From Azolla caroliniana (taxonomy: Eukaryota; Plantae; Polypodiophyta): a DNA stretch of 64,000 bases. The stretch's first letter is position 1. Each line of letters starts with the position of its first letter. Both the position numbers and the translations under genes were made by a program. The stretch lies in NCBI GenBank assembly GCA_043228905.1, contig JBHGNT010000003.1, positions 7,874,001 through 7,938,000 of the forward strand, written 5' to 3'. Below are positions 23,357 through 36,875 of the stretch, piece by piece. The notes beneath the pieces are model-generated. The model did not search any database and was not told the origin of the DNA. It saw nothing but the letters and a program-made list of their open reading frames with translations.

Positions 23357-25801
23357 TCAAACATGGAAGGTCTTGTGTTGTTGGCTCTGCTTGTCGTCAT
23401 CGTTTTCTGAATCCGCAGGTTGTTGTGTATCCTTGGTCAATGGTGGTGGTGGTGATGGGGCACCTGACTCTGGTGCACCAAGCCCTGGAATTTGGCTTTG
23501 TCTTTCGGCTTCAAAGGCGTCCAACTGAACAGCTGTGTCAATGTCATGTTTATCGAATTCCTGCATGAGTCGACCAATTTCTTCGTGGTGACAAGCTGCC
23601 ATGTCGAACAAATCTTTAACAATATCTTCTTGAACAGTCGATATTGCTTCTTCCATCATTTTAAAGAAGCCTTGTCCTTGTGCCTTCCGGTTGTCCCTGC
23701 CGGCTCGTAGAAGTTGAAGTTCTGCTGATTGTGCCGACCAGGTCTTCTAGCCCTTATCCATTGATTCAGTGACCATTTTCGAAGTGTTGAGTTTGTGGCA
23801 TTTCAGTATTGTGCGTATTTTTTCCTCGCCCATACTCATCCTAAAATGTGCTTCTACCAATGCCTTCCGTAAATAAGTGATCTGTGCATTGGTTGTACCT
23901 TTCGCCCGCAACAACTATGCTTGAGCACCCAACAAGTCGCGTCGTCATTGTTCGGAGATGACTTCCAGGTTTGCACACCGCTGTTCTATATTCGATTTCG
24001 CGAAAGCCCATTCCTCTTGCTCTTGAGTATATTTCTCGTTCAGTTGAGTGAGCAAAGTTTCCTTTTCTACCAGTTGTTCCGCGCAATATTCCTCCTGGAC
24101 TTTGATATACTCTTCGAGCTCTTCAACCTATTCTGCGTGTTGCTGCGTGGTTTCCTATTGTTGTGCTAACTGTAGGCACATCCTTTGAATCAAATTGTCC
24201 TTAGCATCCATCCATTTGCCGACTTCCGTTTTTGTTAATTGTAACCGATCCTCTATTTTCTGTGATCGGGTTTCAGCTTTCTCAGCTCTGACTTCTACCT
24301 CCTTGAGTGCTGTTTCTGCCTGTTTTAATTTTTGTTGCAGGTCTGGTTCAGACTCTAAAGGTTTGCTTGACGAAGTTTGCTGCAACAATTCTTCCTTTGT
24401 TTTCCGCAGTTGTTCTTTTGGCTGTTGAAGTCGTTCCGTCAACTGTTGGTTTTCGGCTTGTTTATTTGTGCATTGAGCATTCAAAATTTTCGACGCTGCC
24501 GTTGCCTTTTTATACAAATCAGCCATATCTTTGGCTACTTTGCTTTCCTTTTCATATTCTCTATGTACCTCTACTAGAGCCTCATGCAATGGTGGCATCT
24601 GGATGACTTCTCCCTTATTTTTCACATTCCCCTGTTGGCCAATCCGATCGACCTCCTACTGCTCCTGCGGCTCGACAACTCCACTTAATGATTTCTAGAT
24701 CATTATCTGATCCTGGTGCTCTTGTGCCATTCTCTCCAACACCTCCTGTAATCTATGGGCCAACCACTCTACTAATTCATAGGAAGTGCCGAATTGTAGA
24801 ATGGCGGCAAGTTCATGTGTGGCCGGAGGAATGTCAGAGAATGCAGTTGCTTCTCGCACTGTTGTTACCGATGACTTCCCTTTCTGGAGTTTGGTTGTGT
24901 TGTTTGGATTGACATGAGGTACTTGTGTGGGCTTCGTAACTTGCTCCTTTGTTCTCTGTTTTTTTTGTGCAGGTTCCTCTTGTTGAGCCTACGGAAAGTG
25001 CTGAACCCTTTGCTTTACCCGATGTTGTCGTTGCGTCGGTTGGTTAGGTTCCACAGGTTGGGGCGGTTGTTTAGTTGGTTGTGGGACAGGTACAGAGTTG
25101 GGTTGGGGATTTTGTGTCGTCTTCGGAACTGGTGAGGGTACCGGTTGTTGTGGTTTGGGTTCCAGTTGCGTGGCATCGACTTGTGTCGATTTTGCTTCCT
25201 ACCACTCCTCACGTTGTACCTGTCTTAGGGGTTAGAAAGCTGCTTGTGGCCGTGGCGGCCTTTGCTCTTCTTGTTGATTTTCCGATCTCTGTGTCGGAAA
25301 AAGCACTGACAACCATCGAGCAAAGATCGGCTTCATTGGTTTCCCTTTTTGCACCCCATGCAGCTGCTCCCGTAGAGCTTCTGCTGACAACAATCCCCAG
25401 TCAAAAACTTCGCCCTCATACGTGGCGATTATGAAGCCGGCTCTCTTTTTGGCCATGCAGTAAAATCGGAGACTAACAAAACCCACTTCTAACAAAAATT
25501 TGGCCACTTCATGAAAAAAATCATCCTCCCCTCCCTGTGTTTGAAAAGCTTTGGCCGAGGGAGAATATTCTCTGAAATACGACCTGAGCATGTCCTTGTC
25601 CATTTTCTATACATCATGAAAGCCTTCTCGTTTTAATTCCAATACTCGGCGTACCAGTTTGTTCATTATTTTGGAGACGTCGATCTGCTGCAGAAGTTCT
25701 GTTGCACGAGGGTGGGGCTCTGCCTCTACAACCTTGATGAAACCTTGCAGATTCTTGTTTACGAGCCACTGGCGCAGGTTATCGAAAACAAGGATTGGCA
25801 T
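23357..25801 (-). pseudogene. Extra ORF (ORF3) of B, degraded
   Basis: YFREYSPSAKAFQTQGG...IIATYEGEVFDWG aligns with A YFSEYSASGKAYRTYGG...IISAYEGNRVDWG; C-terminal DAFEAERQSQIP aligns with EAFERERLAAIP. Confidence 0.85.
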
Positions 25802-28800
25802 TATTTCTTCTTCGAGAGAAAGATTGGCGTTGTGTGAAGAAAGCTTTAGGCTATGGCGTGGAAGAGCGGAAAATGTTTTAGCATGAATACGCTTCTGTCT
25901 CTGCGTTGTTGACACAGAAGATGAAGAAATAGGTTTTAAGGAAATGAATCGTTGCATGATGCCTAGGGAATAGAAAATGCTACTATTAATGTAAGTAATA
26001 GTCTAAAAATAGTAATAATGGCTCCACTACTCGTTTAAAGCTTGAATGCATTATTACCACCAGGTTACTTATAGTGTTACAAAGACTTTCCCAAGGTTTC
26101 TTTTTCTGACAGTTAGTTACTTTTAGTGCCAAGATAATAATAGTTAGTTACTTTGTGTGTGTGTGTGTTTGTGTGTGATGTCTACCACGTCACGTTGTAG
26201 AGGATGTAGCCTAAAAGGGGTTCTCCGGTATGGACCCGTGATAGTGTTTGAGCCGAAAACCATTTACCCATTTCGGTAGGATGTCCCTGGACAATGTCCC
26301 AACTTGATACGTACCATTTCTGCTATTAACAATCCAGAATGGTCCCGTCCATCGAAATCAAAGCTTCCTCAGCATAGACCCCATTTTTGTTTGAAATAGT
26401 AACACCGGTTTTCCGATTGCGAACTGCTTCTTTGCATATCGACGGTGACGATCCACAAATTCTTTTGTTTGTTGTTGCTTCTGCTCTAAATCTATCATAG
26501 CCTATATCCGACTTTCCTCTAGTAGTAGTAATCCTTCTTTTTGAATTTGTTCCGACAGTAGCTCATCTAACCTTTCTGTTGCTTGAATTCGGAGTGTCAG
26601 AACTTGAAACTCTATTGGCATCACGGCTTCTAACCCGAATGCCATGTGAAAAAGAGTCAATTTGATAGAAGTCTTATATGAAGTTCTATATGCCCATAAG
26701 GCACTATTCAGTTTCTGATCCCAATCTGTACGATTTTCATTGACTATTTTCTTGAGTATCATTTGCAGTGTTTTATTTGTCGACTCTGCTAGACCATTGG
26801 CTTGAGGGTAATAAGGAGTACTTTTCTTATGAACCATTGCATAATATGTAGATAATTCATGTACAATCTTATTAATAAAATGTGTACCTTGGTCACTTAC
26901 CAATTCAATTGGACACCCATACCGGCACCATATACTTTCGTATAGAAATTTTGTTGTCGATGTTGTCGTGTTATCCCGTAAAGGTTTAGCCTCTACCCAC
27001 TTAGTGCAGTAATCAATGGCTACTATGATGTATCGATTCCCTGTTCAAATTGCTGCTGGTTTAAATGGGCCGACAAAGTCTAATCCCCATTTCCGGAATG
27101 GTTCCAATGGCAAGACGGGTTGAAATGGCATCTTGTCTTTTTCCATGGTTGACCCATCCTCTGACATAAATCGCATTTCCGACGATATTCGACTGCATCC
27201 TTCATAATTGTCGGCCACCATAACCCACAGTTCCACATTTTCCGAGTAGTAGTTTCGCCGGCGTAGTGCTCTCCTGCGATACCAAAATGAGATTCCCGAA
27301 GAATTAACTCTTTCTCAAATTTTCGAACTTCTCGTTGCCAAATTCCATCAGCTCCTCTATGATACAAAGTATCATTTAAAAGATAGAAATTCCGACTGCG
27401 AACTGCTAGCCGTTTTCTTTCGTCAGTTGATAGATGCTCGGGTGGTAACCTTGTTGTAAGAAAAATTGTCATTTCTATAATCCAAACATCCTCGATTTCC
27501 TCATTTATTTCTTGCAATCGTATCGTCTCTACTCGAAAGAGTTGGCCATCCGGAAAATCGTCTTTAACTCCTACACCTTCTTCTCCCAACTCTAATCGGC
27601 TAAGGTAATTTGCGACAACATGTTGCACTCTTGGTCTATGCAAAATGTCGAATTCAAATTCCTGAAGTAATAGCGTCCATCGTGCTAGTTTGCCGGTTCA
27701 TTCTTGTTTGGATACCAAATATAGTAAAGCGGAGTGATCCACATGGAATGTAAATTTCTTCCCCATAAGGTAGTGTTGAAATTTGTTGATACTGTAAATC
27801 ATTCCAAGAGCTTCACTTTCAGATGTCGAATAATTCCTTTCTGCTGTGGATAGTTTCCGACTAGTGTAGTAAACTGGTCTGTACCAACTTGGTTCGGATA
27901 ACTGCATTAGTGCACTTCCGATTGCTACATCGGATGCATCGACAAACACATGAAATGGTTTGTTCCAACGAGGTGATTGGACAATCGGAACTCTAGAAAG
28001 CATCTTCCTTAGGCAATCATATGCATCCTGCTCCACATTCGTCCATGGGAAAGGTGTTTTATGCACCGCCGTATGTAAGGGAATGGCAACATTAGCAAAA
28101 TATCTGATCATTCGGCAATGCCATCTAATTTGCCCAAAAAATCGACTAAGGCTCTTAGAATTGGTTGGTGATGGTGCCTCTAATACAACTTTGACCTTGT
28201 CTGGGTCAACTGCAATTCCTTCTTGACTGACAATGTGTCCTAATAATGCTCCACTCGTAACTCCGAACGCGCATTTTGCCAGATTCAAGCTAAGCCGACC
28301 TTTCCGACATCGTTCCAAACATAATTGCAAATGTTCGAAATGTTCTGACTTTCGACTATAGACAACAAAATCATCCAAGAAAACTTGCATGAATGTTGGA
28401 ATGTATTAAGCAAAAATTTAAACCCGAACATCAATACGACCACCACAAATACCCCTCATTCGGTGACAAAGGTTGTCTTTTCTTGATCATCCGTATGCAT
28501 TCTTACTTGATTATACCCGCTAAAGCCATCTAGAAAACTGTACATTTTGTGATCAATCACTGCATACAATATACCGTCCGTAAACGGTAATGGAAATGCG
28601 TTCTTATTGTTGTTGCATTAAGCTTCCGATAGTCGACACACACCCGAATCTTTCCATTCTTTTTCTGTACAACTACAATCGGGCTCAACCATGCAGCTTT
28701 TTTTACAAGACGAATAAACCCTACTTTATGTAGTTTATCTATTTCTTCTTTGACCTTAATTGCACAATTTGGATTCAGACAATACCTGCGTTGTTGAACC

Positions 28801-30211
28801 GGCTTCGCATCTTTATGTAGATTAATTTGGTGTTGATAGAAAGCTGAATCCAATCCTTTCATGTCTTCGAAGGACCAAGCAAACACATCCTTATATTGTT
28901 TGAGTAAGCCAATTAATCGTTGCTTGTCAGCTAACAACATATCCTTGGCGATCAATATTGTTTTTGGTTCGAGCGTGTTATCTTCCCCAACTAAATTTAT
29001 CTCCTCCAATGCCAAAGCTTGGACTCATTGAGACACTTTCATTTCTTTTTTCGGTATCCTCCTGCTGAAGGCGGATTTCTTTCATTGTTTGATCATCAAG
29101 TGGCACGTCATCCTGTGGATCAACATATGATGTAAGAGCTTGTAATATTTCCACTTCGAACAAGGGAATAATTTTTGGGTTATCATCAAAATAATTAGTC
29201 TCCTCCACTTCGTCCAATCCTTCCATCATATTGACTGCCTCTGCATGAACCGGCAAACATTGCCTACTTGTAGTTATCTTATTGTGGGTGGATACTTGAA
29301 TTTTATTTTTTCCTTTCTAGAATGTTAATAAATTCTGATTCCAAATTTGCTTAATATTGGCAGTCTTTAACCATGGATGCCCTAACAGCAAAGGATATGC
29401 CCCAGGAGCCTCCAAATGGAGCACTACTGTTGATATTTGAAAAGTGTGACCACATAAAACGACATCTAATTGCCTAATTAATCCGATCGGTTGCACCGTA
29501 TTGGTATCGACCATTCTCAACCAAAATGGACATGCTTCCCATTTAGTGATACCAAGCTTGTCACAAGTAGTTTTGTTAATTACATTTACTCCTGATCCAC
29601 CATCTACAATAGCGCCATCTATTTCTAAACCATGTATTATCACTCTTATTGATGGATTCTGCTCATCCATAACTGTCGGACTATTACTTGGCTGACTATA
29701 ATTAACTACTACATGTTCTATCCCTTTCTAGGCAATCAAAGTTGCCACTTTCTCCGTAAACCGTGGAACTAATTTCAGTAATCCCATCAACGGTTGGTAA
29801 TGATACTTGGCAATCAGCCAAGATTTTCTAAGCTTCCTCATGTTCCTGTACGACCATTGCTCCAGGTGGCTCGTTAACTTGGTTTACCTCATTGTCCTGC
29901 AACATCCTGGACACATTATTTTTATTTGCTTCTTCCACCCATTCCTTGGCTGCTTTTCTAACAGCTTCCTGGATTTCCCATTCTGAATGTTTACCTTTAC
30001 TTATGATAATGACTTGCTGAATTTCCAATATCACCATATTAATGGCAGGTGCTTTTCCTTTGATTTTAGACGGACATTGATTTGCATAATGTCCATCTTT
30101 CCTGCAAATATAATAGTTAGGAGTGAATGATCCACTGCCTTCACCCTGTTCATATTGGGGACATTCATCCGGATGTTCTTGCTAAGAATCATGTTGAAAT
30201 TGCCGTGATGT

Positions 30212-30818
30212 TGTCGTGACATTTCCATGCCATGATGAGAAAATAACCTCTACCAATTTATATGAGCTTATTCAAATGTTTGTAAAAGGTTATATACAGT
30301 GCGAGGCCTCAATGAATAGGAGTGTGTGGGGGTTTAGGTGTTGTGAAGGATTTGCTTCACGATAGAAAAATAAACTAAAATAATGTATTGAATAACATTC
30401 GAGAGATTTGAACCCACGACCTCACATACCAAACAGAAGGCACATACCATTAGGCTAGGTCATTTATTTTTTTAAAGCTATATTTTAATGTTTATACTTA
30501 TGCCATGTATATTTTCATACATGAAAGCTCAAATGCGTGGGATGTCTATCATGCATCACATGTAATGCATGAACGCCAAATGGCGATCATGCATCACATG
30601 CATTTCATGCACTACATGCATGTCTTGTACCCTCACATGCATCATATGCATGGGGGCACCTATTTAAAGAGGGAAAGGGAAAAGAGTGAAGGGGAGAACA
30701 TGAGATGAGCAATATTATTGTAATAGGAGGGACAAGCTATATTATTGTACAAGAAATATTTTGTAATCATCTTCAAATATCAATACAAGTTATTTCTGTT
30801 TCTCCTCGTTCTTTGACA
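30212..30818 (+). mobile_element. Solo-LTR-like insertion (607 bp) in the gag of B
   Basis: TGTC...TTTGACA termini, CCTATTTAAAGAGGG TATA at ~30659; B gag sequence resumes on both sides; no clear TSD. Confidence 0.7.
30399..30460 (-). other. tRNA-derived segment (A box and B box) inside the LTR-like insertion
   Basis: Minus strand TAGCCTAATGG...GGTCGTGGGTTCAAATC; acceptor stem not recoverable. Confidence 0.6.
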
Positions 30819-32154
30819 AGAAGCCCAGTGCTTACTTCCCGGATTCGCGATTTTCTTTTCATTTGCTCTCATACGCCGAGATCGATGCGACAACGCTTTT
30901 GGCTTATAGAATTTTTTGTTGTTGGGCCGATTCTGTTTATTGTGATAACGACCTCCTTGTTGCTGTTGATGATTGTTATCTTGCGGTGCTGAAAAATCCT
31001 GAGCTCGATTCTGTCGATAATCATACTGTCAGGCGTCCTCTATTGGACCTTGATTATCATTTCTCCTATATTCATTCCAGTCATTATTCGGTCGCCTTTC
31101 CGAATAATTCCGATTATCATACCGGTCATCCTCCTGATACCTATTATTGAACCTATTACGGTTATCTTGGTAACCATTTTCCGGAAAAATTTGCCGTATC
31201 GGCGCTATTGCTTTGTTAAGCAAATTATATTCACATTGTTCTACTAAATGGGGCTTAGAGTGACAGATTGTGCAATGTGCACGTAAACTACACTCGATTG
31301 TCGAATGCCTAGTATTCAAACAAGTAGTACACTATACTGCTTGGCGAAATTGTAATTCTTCCATAGTTGGCAAAGTATGATGCAATGCCGACATATTCAT
31401 ACTTCTTAAATTTTTTGGGTTTCGACCCATAATAATGGCCTTATCAATCACTTGCTCAATTGACTGACTTCGGAAATCGAACACTGCTAATGTTGTTCGT
31501 AGTGGTTCCCGAATTGCCTCGAGAAAGATATCCTTTAGTTCGTTATCTAGAATTGGCCTAGAAATTTGTAACTAGAGATTCTGAAAGCGAATGACAAATT
31601 GTGACACCGTTTCATTGGATTCTTGATATAATGCATAAAATTGAGCTATCAGATCCTTCTGAGGAATCTGTCGATGAAACAATTGAAGAAACTTTTTGGT
31701 TAATTGTTTGAATGTTTTGAATGCTCAGAACCCATTCTGAGCAAACCAATTTGCCGACTGGCCATCTAATGACAAAACAAACTCAACTATTTTAGACTTA
31801 TCCTCGCCTACAGCTGATAGTCGCTGAGCTCCATGGTTTATTTCCCATGTTGTTAAGAAATCCCTAATATGCGTTTCTGCATCAGTGCCTTCTCGAAATT
31901 TCCAGTAAGGGTAAGGCATATTGTCTTCACTCCAGATATCGTAAAATGAGACCTCTTCGGACTGATCTCCGTCTGACTGATTGTCAGTTAAGTCGGGAAC
32001 TGAAGACCAACTCCAACTTGTTTCTTGTTGTACCACCGCAACAGAATCCTCTTCGACACGGTTTATAACCGAACGTGTATGAGTACGTTTATGATCGACT
32101 GGTGTATCCGAACCAGACGACATACCATTCGACTTGTTCTCTGCTAATTGCAGA

Positions 32155-32171
32155 TGTAATCAAGTGTGCCA
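32155..32171 (-). promoter_or_regulatory. PBS of B
   Basis: Minus strand TGGCACACTTGATTACA, a transition-only variant of TGGCACGCTCGGTTACA in A; 11 nt from the LTR. Confidence 0.7.
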
Positions 32172-32182
32172 AAATTATACTG

Positions 32183-32643
32183 TGTTGTTCGGCCGACAAC
32201 CGACTCGGTCGCCGACACACAGTAGAGTTCGAAAGTTTCGTACTGAATGTTCTATCAAAGAATTGTGGTTGTGAGAATAGATATTAAGTTACTGTAATCT
32301 TATCGATGTTACACAGACATCAAGTGTAGCAAAGTGGAAATAGATAATAGAAAATAAACAGCTGCACACCGAGATTTCCTACAACTAAACTTATATTACT
32401 AAAAGTAAAACGATAGATTTTACAATGCCTTTGGTTCCTTTTTATAGGCAACCTGAATGACTTCCTCATCAAGAAATACATATTGCCTTATCGGCAAGAA
32501 CTACAAAACTTGTAACTAACTATAATTTTCGGTATTAACTATTATTTAGCCAAAATGATGACTGCTTGATCCTCTTCCTCGATCCGACTTTGACTTTGAC
32601 TTTGACTTTGACTCCGACACTTCCCCACTTTGTGCGGGTAACA
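32183..32643 (-). repeat. 5' LTR of element B
   Basis: Direct repeat of 22765-23240 with a ~21-bp indel and one extra GACTTY unit. Confidence 0.95.
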
Positions 32644-33882
32644 CACATCCTATCTCTCGAGGGGAGAAGGCAAAGGGTTTCCCATGTTGCTCCAACATTT
32701 CCCGAAATTTGGACTCCTCTTTGGGAAGTAGGAACTCACCCCCACCAACTTTGAGCTTCCTCCAGATTTCGTAAGTGAATGCACGTCCCATTCCTCTCGG
32801 TTCTCTAAGGTATGGATCTTGCACTACCTCCTCATCTACTGCCAACTGTCTTTAGGTAGGGGAGTAGCCACAAGTTTCACTTTCTTGTCCACAGTCTTGT
32901 ATTTAGTACTGAGTTTGACCTCATCAGTTGTGACACCTTATTCATATTCATCGATGGCGGTGTATACAATGATAGAGTTGATCGGAATTATTTCATTGCT
33001 TTGTAGGTTCTGTTGGCATAAAAGGCCGACTCCTTCCGCTTTGTATCCTAAGTGTGAACGCATCCTTGAGCTAGGGCTGGAGTATATAAGCTCAACCCTA
33101 ACATTGTAACAATAATCTTCTTGTATCTTGAGTCTTTGAGAGTGTAAGAGTTACATAATAACGAGAGCTTCCATTAGAGCTTCGAACTATGTCTACGTTT
33201 CCATCTATTTTCTTATGTCATATTTTGTGTGTTGTTTTCTATGCACATAACCTACAAGTCCTCACACAATTCTGCATACGTACTGAACACCATATCCAAC
33301 AATTGGTATCAGAGCGACTTGTTGTTTAACGGCAATAAAACAATAGAGAAAGTTGAAAGAAAAGTCAAGGTCAGTAAAAATCTCATTTTCGAAAAAACAT
33401 GGCTTGAACATGCGGTACAAGAGTTGAAATCCGAAAGTTCGATGGAAAAAACTTTGCCTTGTAGAGGAGATGATGCAGGATGTGTTGATCATTAGAAGAC
33501 AGGTCAACGCTATTCAACACAGTGAAAAACCTGCTTCCATGACAACCGAAGAGTGGAGATCCATAGACGAAATTGCGCACTCCACCATCCGAATGCATCT
33601 AGCCGAAAACGTCTACTTTAGCATGGCCAAGGAGAGAACAACATTCTCATTATGGGAGACGTTGTAAGCTGTGTACGAAATGAAGTCCTCATCTTCAAAA
33701 TTGATACTGATCAGAAAATTGTTCAACATGAAGATGAGAGACACCAATCTGGCCACCTCCCACATCAACACCTTCATCCGGGTGTTGCTTGAACTCTCCT
33801 CCCAAGGGATTAACTTTGAAAAAGAAGTGAAAGCCCTTGCCCTCCTATCGAGCTTGCCGATGAGTTGGGAGGTATTCTGCAT

Positions 33883-34094
33883 GACATTTGTCAATAACCG
33901 ACCAAATCTAAATCTGGAGGAAACTATCGGCCAAGTCCTCACAGAGGATATTCGGCGAAAATCGATGGGACTCACCATCGACGAGTCAGACATTTGTCAA
34001 TAACCGACCAAATCTAAATCTGGAGGAAACTATCGGCCAAGTCCTCACAGAGGATATTCGGTGAAAATCGATGGGACTCACCATCGACGAGTCA
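33883..34094. repeat. Tandem duplication, 106 bp x2
   Basis: GACATTTGTCAATAACC...CGACGAGTCA at 33883 and 33989. Confidence 0.95.
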
Positions 34095-34397
34095 GCAGAA
34101 GTCCATCACTCAACCGAGTCGGTCGATCAACACAATTGATCGAGAGAACAAGCCAACAACACCGGTCGAAATCATAGTCGATCTAGAACGAGGGGAGACT
34201 AACAACGATCGAAGTCGAGAATAAGTCGATTAGGCTAATTTTGCACCCACTGCAGAAAAGTTGGTCACAACATTTTCGACTGTTGGTCGATCAAGAGGAA
34301 AGAGAGTGGTCGGTGATCCGAGCAAAATCGAGGATGATCCGACTAGAAACACTCTCCAGTCAGCAACTAAGTCAATGTTGCCGACACCAAATCGGGA

Positions 34398-34823
34398 GAA
34401 ATCCTCTCCTTAGAGGACTTGATGATCGAAGAAGTCCTCCATAGTGCACAAGACGCACATACGTGGTTGTTGGATTCTAGTGCCACATTCCATGTAACCC
34501 CGAACATCGAATGGTTTCCAAACTATTCGGTCAGTGCCAGTGGCACCGTTGGACTCGGAAATGGGTAGAAGTGCATAATCGCAGGGATCAGAGAGGTCCC
34601 CATATGATTGGAAATCCTCTCCTTAGAGGACTTGATGATCAAAGAAGTCCTCCATAGTGCACAAGACGCACATACGTGGTTGTTGGATTCCAGTGCCACA
34701 TTCCATGTAACCCCGAACATCGAATGGTTTCCGAACTATTCGGCCAACGCCAGTGGCACCGTTGGACTCGGAAATGGGTAGGAGTGCATAATCACAGGGA
34801 TCAGAGAGGTCCCCATATGATTG
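34398..34823. repeat. Tandem duplication, 213 bp x2 (protease region)
   Basis: GAAATCCTCTCCTTAGAGG...CCCCATATGATTG at 34398 and 34611. Confidence 0.95.
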
Positions 34824-35016
34824 CCGAATGGTAGCAAAATCACCCTGCACCATGTTCCGCACGTACTCGATCTGAAAAGGAGTATGGTCTCCATTGGCAT
34901 GAAAGCAGAAGACGGGTACCAAACGACTCACAATGAGTCGACATGGATGATCAGCCAAGGAAACATGAAAATTGGAAGCGGACACAAGTATAATAACTTG
35001 TATCTAATTATGGCGA

Positions 35017-35188
35017 TGTTGAGAATCAAACTCAACTTCCCGTGAGTGGGAACACACTCTAGGATACTCAAGTGTGTGAACACCCCACCTCCTTGTATAG
35101 TAATCATAGAAGTTAATGTCCTATGACACATATTCCTTAAGTAGTTAAGAAACGACCTCTTTCCCAAGTGGTTGTACTAGTGATTGTG

Positions 35189-35258
<70 letters not shown>
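35017..35258 (-). repeat. Truncated LTR fragment ending in a (CT)n(CA)n microsatellite, inside D
   Basis: Starts TGTTGAGAATCAA (matches the LTR end at ~277-289); D coding resumes after the microsatellite. Confidence 0.6.
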
Positions 35259-35259
<1 letters not shown>

Positions 35260-36875
35260 GCCAAAAAAACCAACCCACACTTAAGGCATGGCCGAGTCAG
35301 CCATATTTCTCAAACTGGACTCGATTAGCTGATGGGGGTTGGTTACATTCCGAAACTCCAAGCAAAGATGAACTTCTACGAGCATTGTCGATAAGGGAAA
35401 CAGACTCGAAGTCCACACTCTCTCCACTATGAGATGGTACAACAACCCCTAGAGCTCATTCACACAGATATATGTGGGCCTATGCGTGAGCGATCACTAG
35501 AAGGCTCTCGGTACTTCATCACATTTGTAGATGACTGTACATGGAAGGTCTAGGCCTATTCAATTAGGTCAAAAGACGAAGCGCTCGAGCCCTTCACTCG
35601 ATGGACAGGTGAAACGGAGAACCTATCAGGATATAGAGTGAAGACACTCCAATCCGACAACTGAGGTGAATACACCTCCCGAGCCTTCAAATAGTACCTG
35701 TCCGACAAAGGGATCCAACATCAAAAGATCGTTCCATACACACCCATGCAAAATGGAGTACCTGAATGGATCAACTGAACAATCTAGGAGAGTGTGACAA
35801 AAATGCTCCACCAAGTTGGACTAACGTTGGAGTTATGGGCCGAAGCATTGCAGATGGCAGTATATCTGATCAATCTATCATCGTCGAAAGCAGTAAGGCT
35901 TGAAGTGCCACATGCACTATGGTTAGGCAAACAACCGACCTATGATAGGCTTTGTATATTCGGATGCGAACCCTACGCATTCATCCCCAGTGAGAAAAGG
36001 ACTAAAATAGCACCCTATGCAACCAAATACATATTTCTCGGTTATGGAACCAATGGGGAATTCGGCTACGACTATGGGACCCAAAGAACCAGAAACTTAT
36101 CTGGAGTAGTGACGTAGTCTTCAATGAAGACTTGATTCTCTGTAAGCGGAACCAACAAAAAGAAGTCGGCAAAAAGGTCTTTTTCGAGGTCGATAGAGAC
36201 ATCGTAGAAAGATTGACCCATCGGGCCAAATCGGAGATTCAACAAACAATCAAAGTCAACCAAGATGACACCACACCAGCCGACTCCGAATCGGCAAGAG
36301 GTCCACTAGTCGAAACGGATTTGACTAAGAGATTAACAAGATCAACATTGACCAACCAAGGCAAAGCCAAATCGACAAGAGTTGAAACAAGCAAAGCCAA
36401 GAAGTGTCAAGTCAAAATGGATAGAGCCGATTCGGCCGACACATCCAAAAAGCCTAAGGGGAAAGGCCGACATGAGTCGGCTAAGACTCCTATCTTCAAG
36501 TCAATCGATCCCGAAGCAGGGGAAGATGACATGACATCGCCGAACTCCTATTACAGGGGTGAGTCATCCAATAGGACTCCTAACAAAAATGGTTCAACAA
36601 ATGCCGATTGACCGACATAGTCGATCGAAGGATCCAAACCGATCAATACAGCAACCAGGAAATCCGGACGAGTTCGAAGGCCAACATAGTCTTATCAACT
36701 GGGCCTAGACTACGTCAACTACACTGATGTAGGCAAACCAAGCACATACGAAGAAGCCATAACCGCACCAGATGCAAACACATGGCTACAAGCCATGCGC
36801 TCCGACATGGACTCGATTCATCATAATCAAACATGGGAGGTGGTCGAACTACCAGCTGGAAGGAAGCCGCTACCC

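Larger units (their letters stand above)
26190..32123 (-). pseudogene. gag-pol: gag-pol of B, degraded
   Basis: MPYPY gag, CCHC knuckles, IVDGGSGVN, RVCVDYRKLN, FLDD, DASD, SDQGTHF, GPFW; many stops and frameshifts. Confidence 0.93.
22765..32643 (-). mobile_element. Element B: full-length gypsy element related to A, inserted in the RT of C
   Basis: LTRs 22765-23240 and 32183-32643; TSD CAAAT/CACAT (1 mismatch); gag-pol and ORF3 homologous to A. Confidence 0.95.

Noticed and set aside
30399-30460. Functional tRNA gene
   Set aside because: Acceptor and anticodon stems do not pair; reported only as tRNA-derived
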